From Fonticula alba ATCC 38817 (lineage: Eukaryota; Protista; Nucleariida): 64,000 nucleotides of DNA. The stretch lies in assembly GCA_000388065.2 (NCBI GenBank), contig KB932207.1. One strand, given 5' to 3'. The notes beneath the pieces were generated by a model. It saw only the letters and a program-made list of their open reading frames with translations, was not told where the DNA came from and made no database searches. Shown one piece after another: positions 23,406-35,819 of this stretch (its first letter is position 1; every line of letters starts with the position of its first letter). Both the position numbers and the translations under genes were made by a program.

Positions 23406-26400
23406 TCACGAAACGTAGTCCTCGATCTCCTGCACCGGCCAGCCGGTCAGGTCCTCCTTGCGCAGGGCCGCCACCGACCGCAGGAGGCTGTCCGCCATGC
23501 CGGCGAGGGCGGTGTCGCTGGAGCAGAGGTGGAAAGTACCACGACGGCGCGAGTGCCACGGCGTGGGTGTTTTCGTGCAGGTCTGTCAGGGAATCGGCCA
23601 CGATGAGGGCGATGGCGATGGGGCAGCGACGGTGGCAACCGGGATGGCAGCTGGGAGGGGGGGGGGGGGGCACACACACACACAAACACAAATACACAAA
23701 CACAGGAAGACACATACCTGACAGACTGAATCCACAGGCAGTAGTCCCGCAGCCAGACGCGCGCCAGCGGGCCGAAGCGGTCGTCCCGCTCCAGCATGTA
23801 CAGCAAGGCCAGCAGGGCGCGCAGGACCGCCGGACGGCCCAGCTGCAGGAGGGTGACCACGTCACGGGCCACCGCCCGCGCGGCCAGGTCCCAGTGCCGC
23901 AGGAAGGGGAAGGCCAGCGCACGGCGGATGCACCCGAGCAGAACCTCGCGTGGCGTGGCCGCCGGGCCAAAGAGACCAGCCAAGGTGGCCGGCTCGCGAG
24001 CCCGGAAGTCCTCGTCATCCGAGTCCGAGTCCGAGTCCGAGTCATCCGAATCTGAATCCGAATCCGAGCTCGAGTCCGAGTCCGAGTCCGAGTCCGAGTC
24101 CGAGTCAGACATCGACATGTCCGAATCCACATTCATCTCGCTGGGGACCGAGTGGCCCAGGACAGGGGCCGACGCATCCTGTGCCACCATGCCGACACTC
24201 TCGCCATCGCCATCGTCGGAGTCGACATCCACAGGATCGAAGCCCGTCAGGGCCTCACCGAGGATGGCCCCGGCCGTGGGCCCGGCCTCATGGCGCAGAG
24301 GAGCCGCCGCGCACACCGACCAGCCCAGCGCGGCCGAAATCTCGCCAATGGTGTCGCCCGCCAGGACGCCACTCTCCTCGGAGTCCGACATGGAGCCCGG
24401 CCCCCGACGAGCTGGCGCGTCCGAATCGCTCCCATCACCGAGGACCTCAATGAGGAAGGGGCGCTTGCGCGAGGCGTCGGCTTCCCGGCCGGCTGGCTGC
24501 CACGCCGGGGCGCCATCCTCCTTGATGGCATCCGAGGGGGGATCCGATGCCTCGAAGGAAAGCAGAGCCCCTGAGGCTGGGGCGCCGGTCGGCGTCGGCA
24601 CGGCCCCGGCCGCGCCCCAGCCCAACCGCGCGGCTACCGCCGCCTGGTGCTCGGCCACCAGGCGCCCGGGCAGATCCCCCGCCCGGCCAACCTCCGCCAG
24701 CAGGTCCTCATCGAGGTACTCCATCAATGGGGGGGGAGCTGCCCCCGGGGGGAAGGGCTCCCGGTCGGCGTGCTCCCCGGCCAGGTCCTCGGCGTCGGCG
24801 AATTCGGCGAAGGCCTCGCGCAGAATGCGCGCCAGCGGCGTGGCGGCATACGTCTCCAACCCGGCCAGCATGGGGCTCACATGCACGCATGTCCAGGCCG
24901 ATTCGACCGTTGACTCGCCTTGGCACACGCGCAGGTTGTAGCTGTAGCAGAAGAGCAGGTCAATCAGGCCCAAGAGGGTCGCCCGGGGGTCGGCAACGGG
25001 GGGAGCTGTGTACATGTTTCCCATCCGTGTTTCATGCGTGTGTGTGTGTGTGTGTGTGTGCGAGCGAGCGAGAGAGGAGAGAGACAAGAGAGAAAAGAGA
25101 GAGAGAGAAGAGAGGAAGAAAGAGAGAGAGAGAAGAGAGGAAGAAAGAGAGAGAGAGAAGAGAGGAAGAAAGAGAGAGAGAGAAGAGAGGAAGAAAGAGA
25201 GAGAGAGAGAGAGAAGAGAGAAAGAAAAAGAGAGACAGAGAAGAGAGAAAGAAAAAGAGAGACAGAGAGACAGAGAGACAGAGAGAGAGAAGGGAGAGAG
25301 GGCGCGGGCGCGGGCGCGGAAGGGGACGTAGAAAGGGGCGCGGGCGCGCATTTGTGCGTGTGTATAGATGTGCCAGTGTGCAGGCGTGCAGGCATGCAAA
25401 GGGACGAGGGTGCGGGCGTGCCCGTGCGCCAAAGGCGTGCGCGGTCGCGTGGACAGGGTGAGCGAATGCCGGTCGGGCAGGAAAACACCGGGCAGCCGGG
25501 ATCCAACAGCCAAGGAGCGTGCGTAAACGTACCGCCCCCACGCGGCAGCTCGCGCAGCTGCTTGGACTCGCGCGCCGAATAGCCAAATTGCGGGATGTCG
25601 ACTGCCACGCCGGCGGCCACCGGCACCGACCGGACCAAGAGCTCCCCGCTGGCAGGCCCAGCCAGCATGGCATCCGAGGCCACGGGGCCCCAGAACGCCG
25701 CGGTGGCAGTGGCCACCGCGGCGGCCGTCCGCCGATTACGCTCCTCCGCCGGGAGATCGCCCCCTTCGGTGGCCATGGCAGCCCGGACCGCTCGCCGGAC
25801 CCCGGCCAGGTCCTGTGCCCGGTCCTGCCAGTAGGTCCGAAAAGCCAGGCTCTCGGCCACCAGCCCCGACTCGTCGGCGAAGTCACTGGCATAATGCTCC
25901 GGGCAGAACTTCGCCGCTTCGGCCAGGCGACGAAGCGCCCGCCGGCGCCCGGCCACCCCGGGCCCCGAACTCAAGGTCAGCAGCGGGTCCCGGTCCAGCG
26001 CCCGGACCGGCAGCGGCAGACAGATCAGAACCTCCGCCGACCCGAGCCCGAAGAAGGGGTTCAGCCGGTCGGTGGAGATGGGCGTCGCGCCGGCCGGCGC
26101 CGGTGGCACCAGCGACTCAGCGAACCCCACCCCCGGCATGTCGCCCAGGGCGATGTTCTACCCGATACGTCGAGCAGGAGGGACGCCAAAGGGAGGCCAG
26201 TCAGCAACAGACACCCAGGGAAGGGGCCCAAGAAAAGGCAGGCAGACCGCCGGCCAGGCGCGGCACCGGGGGCATGTCCACCGGACAGACGCCTGGCCAG
26301 GGGGCGGGGGGGGGGGGGGGGGGCAAAGCAAACGCACACGCAGCGCCCCGAGAGCCGACCCGGCGCCCTCGGCCTGGTCCAGCTCCCAGTCAAAGTCATC

Positions 26401-26979
26401 CGGGAAGGCCTGGCTCCCAAGGCGAAGGCGTTCATCGAGGTTCAGCGCATCGAGCGCCGCATCGGTGTCGACCGTGTGGCTGGCCGAGGACACAACTTCG
26501 ACCGCGGGCCCGGCCGAGGGAAACCCGGCCCCGGGCCCCGGGCCGGTGGCATCGGTGGTGCTGCCGCCGCCGCCGCCGCCGCCGCGGATCACCTTTTCCC
26601 CGGTGATGCCCATGCCCAGGTGGTCCATATGCTCGCGCTGCCGGCGGGTCGCCAGCAGGCGCGACTGCATGTCCAGGCCGTCAAACCACTCGCCGGGATT
26701 GGCCTTCGGCACCACGACGTCCAGCCAACCAGACCCGATGTCATAGCTGACCCGCCAGTCTTCCTCCACCTCGGACAGCAGCCCCGGCAGGTAGAGGCGC
26801 AGGAAGTACGGCCGCGCGTGCACGCGCAGCGAGTCCTCGGCCACCGCGATGTCGATGCCATTCGGATGCGAGGTCTCCGGCGCATCGTGCTCCGCCGACC
26901 GCAGGGACAGATGCGGCGTGTGCGCTCGCAGGTGCAGGTGCGTCTCCGACTGGGTGACGTCGAAGTCCGGGGTGATCAT
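23406..26979 (-). CDS. SHQ1: SHQ1, H/ACA RNP assembly chaperone
   Basis: MITPDFDVTQ...HARPYFLRLYLPG (CS domain), EAAKFCPEHYASDF, LIDLLFCYSY...GESTVESAWT, RRALAFPFLRHWDL, LRDYCLWIQ. Four exons with phase-compatible GT-AG introns. Confidence 0.95.
24021..24105 (-). repeat. Coding hexamer repeat encoding (SD)n
   Basis: (GAGTCC)n on the plus strand, within the SHQ1 acidic insertion. Confidence 0.9.
25075..25290 (-). repeat. Intronic CT-rich (sense strand) satellite with a 25-bp unit repeated about 4 times
   Basis: AGAGGAAGAA recurs at 25111, 25136, 25161 and 25186, inside SHQ1 intron 2. Confidence 0.85.
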
Positions 26980-27717
26980 TCTTCCGTCGCGGCTGCGTGA
27001 GCGCGGGGCCGTGGGTGTGTGGGTGTGGCGGGAGAGGGGAAGACGAGAGGGGAGAGACAGAGAGGGGAGAGTGGGATACAGGCACAGAGAGCCAAAGAGA
27101 GAGAGAGAGAGAGGGGGGGGGGGGGGAAAGAGAGGTGGAAAGAGGAGGGGACTGGCGGGTCACCGCGGGCCGGGTTCACCGGGCGATCCGAAAACTGGCC
27201 CCGGCGCCGGCCCACGCGTCCACGTCCCCCCCCCCCCCCCCCCACGCGCCTGGGGCTTTGAGCGGGAGGCGACCGGCGCGCCTCATGGGGGCCATTCGTT
27301 GGCACTTGATCAGTCCCGATCTCCGGGCCATGAGATTGCCCCGCCGCGGCCCCAGGGCGGTTGGGGGAGGGGCCGACGGGGCGGCGATCGCGCTTCCCGC
27401 GGGGACGGGCAAAATTAATGTGTCTCACACCTGGGGGCCAGGCCCGCGAGTCTGCACAGCCTTCCTCCACACATACACACACACACACACACGCACGCCC
27501 TCCCCCGCCCCTCCTTCTCTTCACGCCCCTACACCGGAGTTTACTCGCCCACGCTGGCGCTCGCGTGCGCACGCCAAGTCTCACTGGCCTCCGCCTCGGC
27601 CGGCACAGCCGTACACAACGCACTAGCCCCCCCCCCCCCTCCCTCCCTCCTCCTCCTCCTCCTCCTCCTGCGCGCGCGTGCGTGCGTGCGTGCGCATACA
27701 CGCACATCCACACCGCC

Positions 27718-29156
27718 ATGACGCGCTACATGAGCGCCAAGGTCCGTGCCTGGCATGCTTCCTGTCTTGCCATTCGTCGCCTCGGCCCCCTCCATCTCTC
27801 CCTCTCGCTGACGCCCGCCCTCATGCAGTCCTACCACCCGAACAGCATGGCCAATCGCCGCCGTGTCTGGGAGGCCGAGCAACGAGCAGCCGACGATGAA
27901 CGGCGCCGCCGCGATCGGGAGCGCCAGCTGCGCGACGAACGAAGCGCCGCAGCCACCGGACCGTGCGCCTTTACTCCCCCTCCTTCTCTCCCCCCGCGCC
28001 GGCACGCACAATGGCCCCAACCCCCTCACGCACCCGCCCGACATGCAACCACCCCGTGTACAGGCGCTCCTCGGTGGATTTCCTCTATTCCCGCGAGGAC
28101 CGAGCTCGACAGCAGGAGGCGGTGGGATTTGTACCCGCCTCATCGGCGTCGGGGAGGGGACGCCCTCGCTCGCCGGGCCCGGCAAATCGGGCCGCGGCTG
28201 ATGCCCCCGGCGGTAGGCACCACCGCCGGTCCGGCTTCGAAGCCGGCGAAGACCCCGGCCTCGACTTTGCCAATGGCGATGATGCTGATGATGATGACGA
28301 CGACACCGAGGGGTCTGGCCTGGCCCGGGCACACGTCCGCCACCGGGGCCAGCGCCCCGACCGTCGTGCGCCAGGCCCCGAGGCCGCCTCGGACACCGGG
28401 GCCGTCGTCCCGCCGGACGGGCCCGGGCACTATGATGACTACACGGCGTCTCTGACACGATACATCCGCCGGCCAGCCGGGCGTACGGCCCCGGCGGCCC
28501 GGCTGCCGGCTGCGGCCGTCCAGCTCGAGCCCGAGCCCGAGCCCGAGCCCGACAAGTCGCTGACGGCTCGTGCGCCTGGCTCACGCCCATACTTCCGCCA
28601 TGGGGCCCGGGATGAGGACCGCGCCCAGGCGGCCGCCGCGCGATACCTCCACCGCGAGGACCCCTTTGCGGCCGGGAGCGCTCTCGATTCGGCACCCGGC
28701 CCCGGGCTGAGCAATGTCTCGGATGATGTGCTTCTCCAGGCGGCTCTCCTGCTGGAAGCGCGCCCGGAGGACATGGTGACGACGCCCGGCGGCCCGGGGA
28801 TGCCCGGGGCCACGGGGGCTGGCGCGGCACCTGGGCGCAGCCTGGGCGGGGGGCTCCGTCTGCGTCCTTCGGCCACGGCCATTGTCGCGCCGTATGCAGC
28901 ACCACATGGCCGCGCGCCGGCCGCCGCCTCGGCCCCAAGTCCGGGCCCGGCCTCGGCTGCGCGGCCTACGGTGGCCCTCGGGCCGGAGTCTGGCGAGACC
29001 GAGCGCGCGGCCGCGGCCCGGGCCCTGTACCTTCGCCGGGCGGTGGAGACCGGCGATCCGCACATCCGATGGCTCGGGCAGCTGTCGCTCCAGCAGCGCC
29101 GGAACCTCTGGCGCGCTATCCAGATCCAGCGGGCAGCCGGGCGTCGGGCGCACTGA
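27718..29156 (+). CDS. CIR1: CIR1-like splicing factor/corepressor (Cir_N domain)
   Basis: Three exons give MTRYMSAK-SYHPNSMANRRRVWEAEQ (Cir_N), SSVDFLY (resembles GLNFMY), and C-terminal DPHIRWLGQLSLQQRRNLWRAI (resembles DPEVEFLKSLTTKQKQKLLRKL). Confidence 0.75.
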
Positions 29157-29725
29157 CTTGTCTTCCTCCGGCATGCACACGCCCACATGCGCACCTGCAT
29201 AGGTGTCTCCCTCGGTCCATCTTCTTTTTTTTTTTACCCCTCTCGCACGTGGCCATCCGAGTGGGATGGCCGCGTTCGATGGGTCGAGAAGGATGAGAGG
29301 CGGAGAGGGCGAGAAATGGGGAAAGAAAAGCCATTTATAAATTCACATATTTTTGTATTCGCGCTCGAGAGGAAGAACACCAGAGGACGGCAGAAGCCCT
29401 GGCAGGGTACGCGCGGGGCGGGAGGGGGGNNNNNNNNNNNNNNNNNNNNNNNNNNNNNNNNNNNNNNNNNNNNNNNNNNNNNNNNNNNNNNNNNNNNNNN
29501 NNNNNNNNNNNNNNNNNNNNNNNNNNNNNNNNNNNNNNNNNNNNNNNNNNNNNNNNNNNNNNNNNNNNNNNNNNNNNNNNNNNNNNNNNNNNNNNNNNNN
29601 NNNNNNNNNNNNNNNNNNNNNNNNNNNNNNNNNNNNNNNNNNNNNNNNNNNNNNNNNNNNNNNNNNNNNNNNNNNNNNNNNNNNNNNNNNNNNNNNNNNN
29701 GGGGGGAGGAAGCCGGAAGAGGCGC

Positions 29726-31892
29726 TCACGCCTGGACATCCGGCTGGTGCAGGAGCATGTGGATCCAATGGTGCGACACGGTCCCATCGGCCGGGGTGAC
29801 CGACATGCGCAGACGCAGGGAGTGCGTCTCTCGCAGGGCCCCCGAGGCCGGGTCACCAGCCAGATCCCCCCCAAGTGGCCGGAGAAGACCCTGCAGGGTG
29901 GCATCCGTCAGGGGGATGTACGCGCGGTTTTCCGCCCGAACCACCGACTCCGGGGTCTCGCCCAGCAGCAGGCCGCCATCGTCGGCCAGCAGCAAGGCCG
30001 ACTCGTCGTCCTCATCCTCATCATAGTCGCCGAGGGGCGAATGCCCGGCCAGGGTCAGCGTCCGGGTGAAGGCCGGCGTGGCGGTGGACAGGGCCGGCCC
30101 AGCCGGCTCCCCGGCCTTGGGAAGGTCTCCGGCCGCGAAGAAGGCCAATGTCACGTCGCATGGGACGTCCACCGGATTGGCCAGGACCAGGGCAAACATG
30201 CCGCGCGTGCTGGCCGGCCGAAGGCGCGAGCTGAGAATGGCCGCGCGCAGGTGGCGGCCCGACTGCCGCACGGCGGGGATCTTCTCACTGTGAGCCGTAG
30301 CGCGGGCCACAAGGGAGAGAGGGGGAGAGGGGGCAGAGAGGGGGAGAGAGAGGGGGAGAGGGGGCAGAGAGAGGCAGAGAAAAGCAAAGAGAGGCAGAGA
30401 AAAGCAGAGAGAGGCAGAGAAAAGCAGAGAGAGGCAGAGAGAGGCAGAGAAAAGCAGAGAGAGGCAGAGAAAAGCAGAGAGAGGCAGAGAAAAACAAAGA
30501 GAGGCAGAAAGAAGCAAACAACCACAAAGAGAAGCAAAGAGGGAGAGAGAGATAGGAAAGACCAGCGAGAAGGAGACCAGCCAGGTGAGTAACGGGAAAA
30601 TGGATGGCCCGCACAGGAGAAGGGGTGCCACGCACAACGCCGGCTTGCGCAGCTTGAAGCGCGTGCCAAAGGTACTGGTATCATGGCTGAGGACCGGCTG
30701 CGCACAGCCGGGGCACCGGTAGTCCGTGCGCGAGACCAAGCGCACGGCCGCCGGCGTGGCCCCGGGCAGCAAATCCGTCGTGTTGGATGCGAGTAGCTCA
30801 TCTCCCACAGCTGGCGCGGGCCCACGGCGGAATCAGGCAGCAGAGTCAGGCACAGAGCAAGTGGAAAAAAGGGGGGGGGGGAGGGGACGAGGGGCGGGAG
30901 GCAAAAGGGCATGACCAAAATCAGTGGCAGGGTGCACTCGCGCTCACACGCACCGATCGGGGCGTAGGCCGGCGCTTGGCCGTCGTCCGTGGGAGCCGGC
31001 GCCAGGGCGCGCGTCATAACCTCCGCCAGGGCGCCCTCCTCGCCGGTTGAGAGGGCCTCCAATGCGCGGGCCAGTGCCTCGTCATCCGCCCGGGCCAGGG
31101 GGAACTCCTCATCACCGCGGCCAGCCGCATCGCCAGGGGCACGCTGTGGCCAGATGGCCGTGGTGCCGTCGGCCGCACGCGGGGGCCCGGCCCCACCGGC
31201 CCCCGGCCCACCGGCCGCCTTGGAATCCAGCAACAGCAGCAGCGAGGCCGACATGTTGCGGTTCAATTCGAAGGAGGCCTGGAGGAAGCTGGTCTCGCTG
31301 CGGGACCGGAAGCCGGGGCCGCTGCCGAGGCCGGAGGCTGGCCGCCGCGGGCTGCCGGCCGGGCCCTTGTCGCTCCATTGGCAATTTTGGCAAATGAGGT
31401 ACATGGGAGCCGAGCCGGCCGGCAGCAGGGCCATTGCCCCGCACGCGGGGCATGCCTGGCAGGAAGGACGCGCACATTGGCCCTTGGCCGTGCGGAAGGA
31501 GGCGGATGCCGCTTCGGACAGGCACCGGGGGCAGTGCCAGGAGTTGGTCTGCTGCGGCGCCAAGCATCTGGGACGGCCCATACGAGGGAAGGGAGGAGGA
31601 GGAGGAGGAGAGAGAGAGGGGGGGGGGAGAGAGGGGAGGGAGAGTCAGTAGGGGCAGGGCAGGGGGCGGCCACCACTCCGAGGCCAAGTCCATCGAGGAC
31701 GAGTGCATGCGCGCACGATTCACACCGCAGTGACTGGCATCTATCGCAGAAGAACAGCTCCTCCAAGGCGCGTGGGGGATTGTCCGGGGCGTCGGTCAGC
31801 GGGGGATCCTCGGCACCGGCCCGCTTGGGCGGGGCCGCACAGCAGGCGCATTCGTAGAGCACCCGCGTGGCGAAGGGGATCTGGAAAGACAT
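29726..31892 (-). CDS. DCTN4: Dynactin subunit 4 (p62)
   Basis: Four exons: RALEELFFCDRCQSLRCES-CLAPQQTNSWHCPRCL...CARPSCQACPAC...YLICQNCQW, then YRCPGC...TRFKL, then FVLANPVDVPCDVTL. Zinc-ligand pattern of p62. Confidence 0.88.
30361..30545 (-). repeat. Intronic 10/20-bp CT-rich (sense strand) repeat
   Basis: (AGAGAGGCAGAGAAAAGCAG)n on the plus strand, in DCTN4 intron 3. Confidence 0.85.
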
Positions 31893-34029
31893 GGGGCGTC
31901 CGTCGGCGGCGACAGGCCGGGCAATGGACGGAGAGAGAGAGAAGGAAGGAGAGAGGGGGGAGGGAGGGAGAGAGGGGGGAGGGAGGGAGAGAGGGAAGGG
32001 AGCAGGAGGGGGGCAGGGGAATGAAGATCAGTGGCGGGGTGGAGAGAGAGGGAGAGAGTGTGTGTGTGTGTGTGTGTGTGCCAACGGCAGACGGGAGAGT
32101 GGTGTGCCCCTCCGCCGGGCTTTTGTTAGTCCCACCTCCGGGGCGCGGGGAAGTGCACAGCGGCCGGTGGTGCCAGATCGCGCGCCGTTCGCCGGCGACG
32201 CGGCCCCGTGACCGTCCTCGGGCGCCTGACCAGCCGGCTGTTGGCATTCCGCCGGGCCGGGGCCAGGCAGGCACCGAGCCCACAATGGGCCGCGGCCGGC
32301 TCCGGGGCCTCGCCGTGTCGATTCTGGATCGCTGCGCCGGGCGTTCTGAAGTCGGAAGCGATGGCTCCGCCAAAATACGCCCGCGCGTGCCGACGGTCCG
32401 CCGGGGGTCGTATCACCCGTGATCCGGGACGGCGTGCGTCCCTGACAGGGCCTCCAACCGCTCGGGGGCGGGGGGCGGCGCAGGGGAGGGGAACCGGCCG
32501 GCCATCGTGGGCCCAACCCGCCCCGCGGCCTTCTCGCGTCTCCGAGAAGAATAAGCAGGGGGGGGGGACTCCGGGCAAGTGGTCTGGAGAAAGGCAGCGA
32601 GGGGGGGAGGGGGGGGGGAGAAAAAGAGAACGCGGCCCGCATCCGGCAGCCATCCGAAAAACATACACCGCCGGGGGGCGACACCCAGGCAGGGCGTGTG
32701 TGCCCCGCCCTGGCCACAGGCCGCCGCGGAACAGCTGCCGGGATGGGCCCCCGGACGGGCGGCTGCCGCACAACAATAGCACCACCACAACCCGTGTGTC
32801 TGCGGTGTGTGGGCTTCTCTCTCTCTTTCTCCCTCGCCGGAGAGTCGGCCGCGAAGGCCGCCCCGGGTTTTGGGGACTAAGACGCTCGAAAAGTGGTGCC
32901 ATAAAAATAGACGCTTATATTCCCGGCCATGCCCGAAGGGGGCGGACGCGGAAAAGGGCCCGCTGGCCGGGCGCTGTGTCACCGCCGGGCGGCACAATTG
33001 AGGCCCGGGACAAGCGCGGAAATGCGTGGTGATGTCCGCCCCCCCTCTCCCCCTTGGAGGCGGCCGGGCACGGTGCAAACCCCGCCCCCTGTGCGGCTTG
33101 ATCTCGTTACGTCCCCCCCTCCCCCCCCCCCCCCCCCGCGCTGTTCCGTGACCAATCTCCCCGGAGCAGCCCTCCCTCCCGGGACGCAGGAGAGAGACGC
33201 GTGCGCATGCTGGGTGGTTATTCCGGGCCGGTTGGTCTAGCAGCCAGCCTGCCAGCCGGGGGGGGGGGAGGACTTACCCCGGACGCGTTTCCCTCCTTCC
33301 TGGGGGAGCGGACTCCGCGACAGCCCCCGTCCCCCCCCCCCTGGCGGTGGGGGCGAATCCCCCGCCGTTGGCGGGTCGCGCGGCAGCATTCAAATTTCGG
33401 CCCCCCCCCCCCACCCCCACCCCCCTGCGGCGGACAGTTCCCCCTCCCCGGCCACCGGTCGGCGCCCTGGCGGCCGGGGCTCACGCTTTTTCCGCGCGCG
33501 CGCGCGCGCGCGCGGGGGCCGCCCTCCTCCCCGGCGAGCCCTGCGCGCAAGGCGGCGGGGGCGCGCGCGCGCGCGCGTGCGCGGAGCGGGGGACACACGA
33601 ATGGAATGCGCGCCATACGTGTACGTGTGTATGTGTCAACATGACACGCCGCGGCTTGAGTGGGCCGGGAACACCGGGGCCCGGCCGGGAGGGGGGGAGG
33701 GCGGAAACAAGGCAGCGGCGCTGGGCTCACACCTTCAAGGCGTCCCCCGGCGCCGGCCCCCCCAGTGCGTTGCCGGCCCTACTTCCATCCTACTCATTGC
33801 CGCGACACCCTGCACCGGTTGGCGCCCCTCCCCCCCCCTCCCCCTCTCTCCCTCCCTTCCCCCCCCCCTCCCCACCCCTTCCTGTTTCTCCTCTCCCGAC
33901 GGTCACGCAACCGGTGCGCCCCGTTTTCCGCCTTTGCCCAACGCACCCGCGCATGGCGTCGGTATGTGCATCCTCGGTCTCTGACTCGCCCGCCTGTCCC
34001 CTCCGCCGCTCGTAGTTCCGTCCGACACC

Positions 34030-35002
34030 ATGGGTGGCGAAGCAATTCTCTTTGTGATTGCGGTCGTCGCGGCCGCGGCCCTCCTCTTCGCGATGGTCTT
34101 CTATGTGCGCACATGCCGCGGCGCTCGCCCGCCCTGCCGCCCTCACCTTGCCCCGGGGGCCGGTCCGCTCTCGGCACCTACTGACCCCCCTCCCCGGCCG
34201 TCTGGCTGCCGCCTGCGCGCTTGCCTCCTTCCCCGCCCCCCCCCCCCCCCCGCACTTGGTCCCCATGCACCCGGCGCGCTTGTGGCTGCCCACAGTTCAT
34301 CCTCTTCACCGATCTCGAGTCCGACTACATCAACCCGATCGAGTGCTGCATTCGAGTCAACAAGGTGCGCACGCGCACGCCGCCAGCCGGCGAGCGGGCC
34401 CTCCCGCTGCACCGCTCTTCATGCGCGTTCGGCCCCACTGACCCTGCCCTCCTCCCATTGCGCCTGTGATCCACTCGTCACCTGCGCACACATCCCCCCC
34501 CCGCCTCCCCCCCCGCACACACACAGATCATCCTCCCTGAGATGATCACCCATACTGCCCTGACCGTGATCTTCCTGCTTTCCCGGAGCTGGCTCGCCTT
34601 CCTGCTCAACCTGCCGCTCCTGGTCTACCACGGCATGAAGTGCGTCTCTCGCCCCCCCCCCCTCTACTCCCTCTCCCTGTCTGTCTTCTCTCTTGGCTGC
34701 TCTCTGACGTTCGCCCTCCCTCCTCCCCCCACACACACGCAGGTACAACTCCGGCAAGTACCTCTGCGATGCGACCTCCATCTTCCGTCAGCTCTCGCGC
34801 CACCGCCGGGAGGGCCTCTTCAAGCTGGTGTTCTACCTGCTCTGCTTCTTCTACTACCTCTACCGGTGCGTGAATCCATGGCCCCCTCCCCTCCTTTTCN
34901 NNNNNNNNNNNNNNNNNNNNNNNNNNNNNNNNNNNNNNNNNNNNNNNNNNNNNNNNNNNNCCCCCCCCGCACAGCATGATTGTCGGCCTCATCGACGATT
35001 AA
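34030..35002 (+). CDS. CNIH4: Cornichon family ER cargo receptor (Erv14/CNIH4-like)
   Basis: Five exons (donors 34105, 34365, 34640, 34866): MGGEAILF...[33 protein letters not shown]...SWLAFLLNLPLL...DATSIFRQL...KLVFYLLCFFYYLYR-MIVGLIDD. Confidence 0.95.
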
Positions 35003-35819
35003 AAGTAACCCGCGCGCGCGCGCTCCATCCCCCCACACTCACACCCATATCCGGCGCCGGCGGCGGTGGCGACGGCAGGGTGATTGTCGCGCAGACCCGC
35101 CTCACCGAGTAGTGTGCTGCCCTTCAGATCCTTCGCCCCTTGCGCGTCCCTCCTGCACCAGCATGATGTGGCACACCGTAGGGGAGGGTGTGTCCTTCCT
35201 CCTCCCGGCTCCCTCCCCCCCTCTTATAAATACACCCCCTCCTGTCCTTGCTCCTCCCCCTGCGCAGCGTGAGGGGGCATGTCCGCGTGCTTTCCCTGGC
35301 GGGTGTGCCGCCCTGGGCAGAAGCAGGACGCCCCCCCCCCCAGGCGAGGTCCTTTTTGAGCGTGCGTGTGACACACAGAGCGAGGATCTGGTCCGGCAGA
35401 ACGGAAATTCCGCGCTGATCACATGTACACATGCATCTAGTGCGCTCGCCCGCTCCCGGGCGTTGGTTTCTGAGTTGCTCCGGCCGGCGCGGCCGGGGGG
35501 ATGGTTATGGCCGATATCTGGCTGTTTGTCGGTGCCCCGCCCCCCGCCCCCAACCCATCGCTGGCCGTGCGCGAAAAGGGGAACCGCCCATCGGTGGCAG
35601 GGATCGCAGAGGTCGGCATTGCCCCCTGCCCTTTATTGCGCCTTTCGCCCCCCTCCCTCCCTTCCCCCCCCCCCCCCCCCCCCCACACACGCGACACACA
35701 TCGCGTAGGCACATCCGCACGGCCACACGAGCGACCACACCGCACGCGCGCGGGCCCGCTTTCTTTTGCTTCCCCCCTCTCCCCCCTGCCCCTTTCCCCT
35801 CCCCCTTCCCCACCCTGCC

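Noticed and set aside
33225-33290. GGGCCGGTTGGTCTAG resembling the 5' end of tRNA-Pro
   Set aside because: No T-loop GTTCRA, anticodon arm or acceptor-stem pairing follows.
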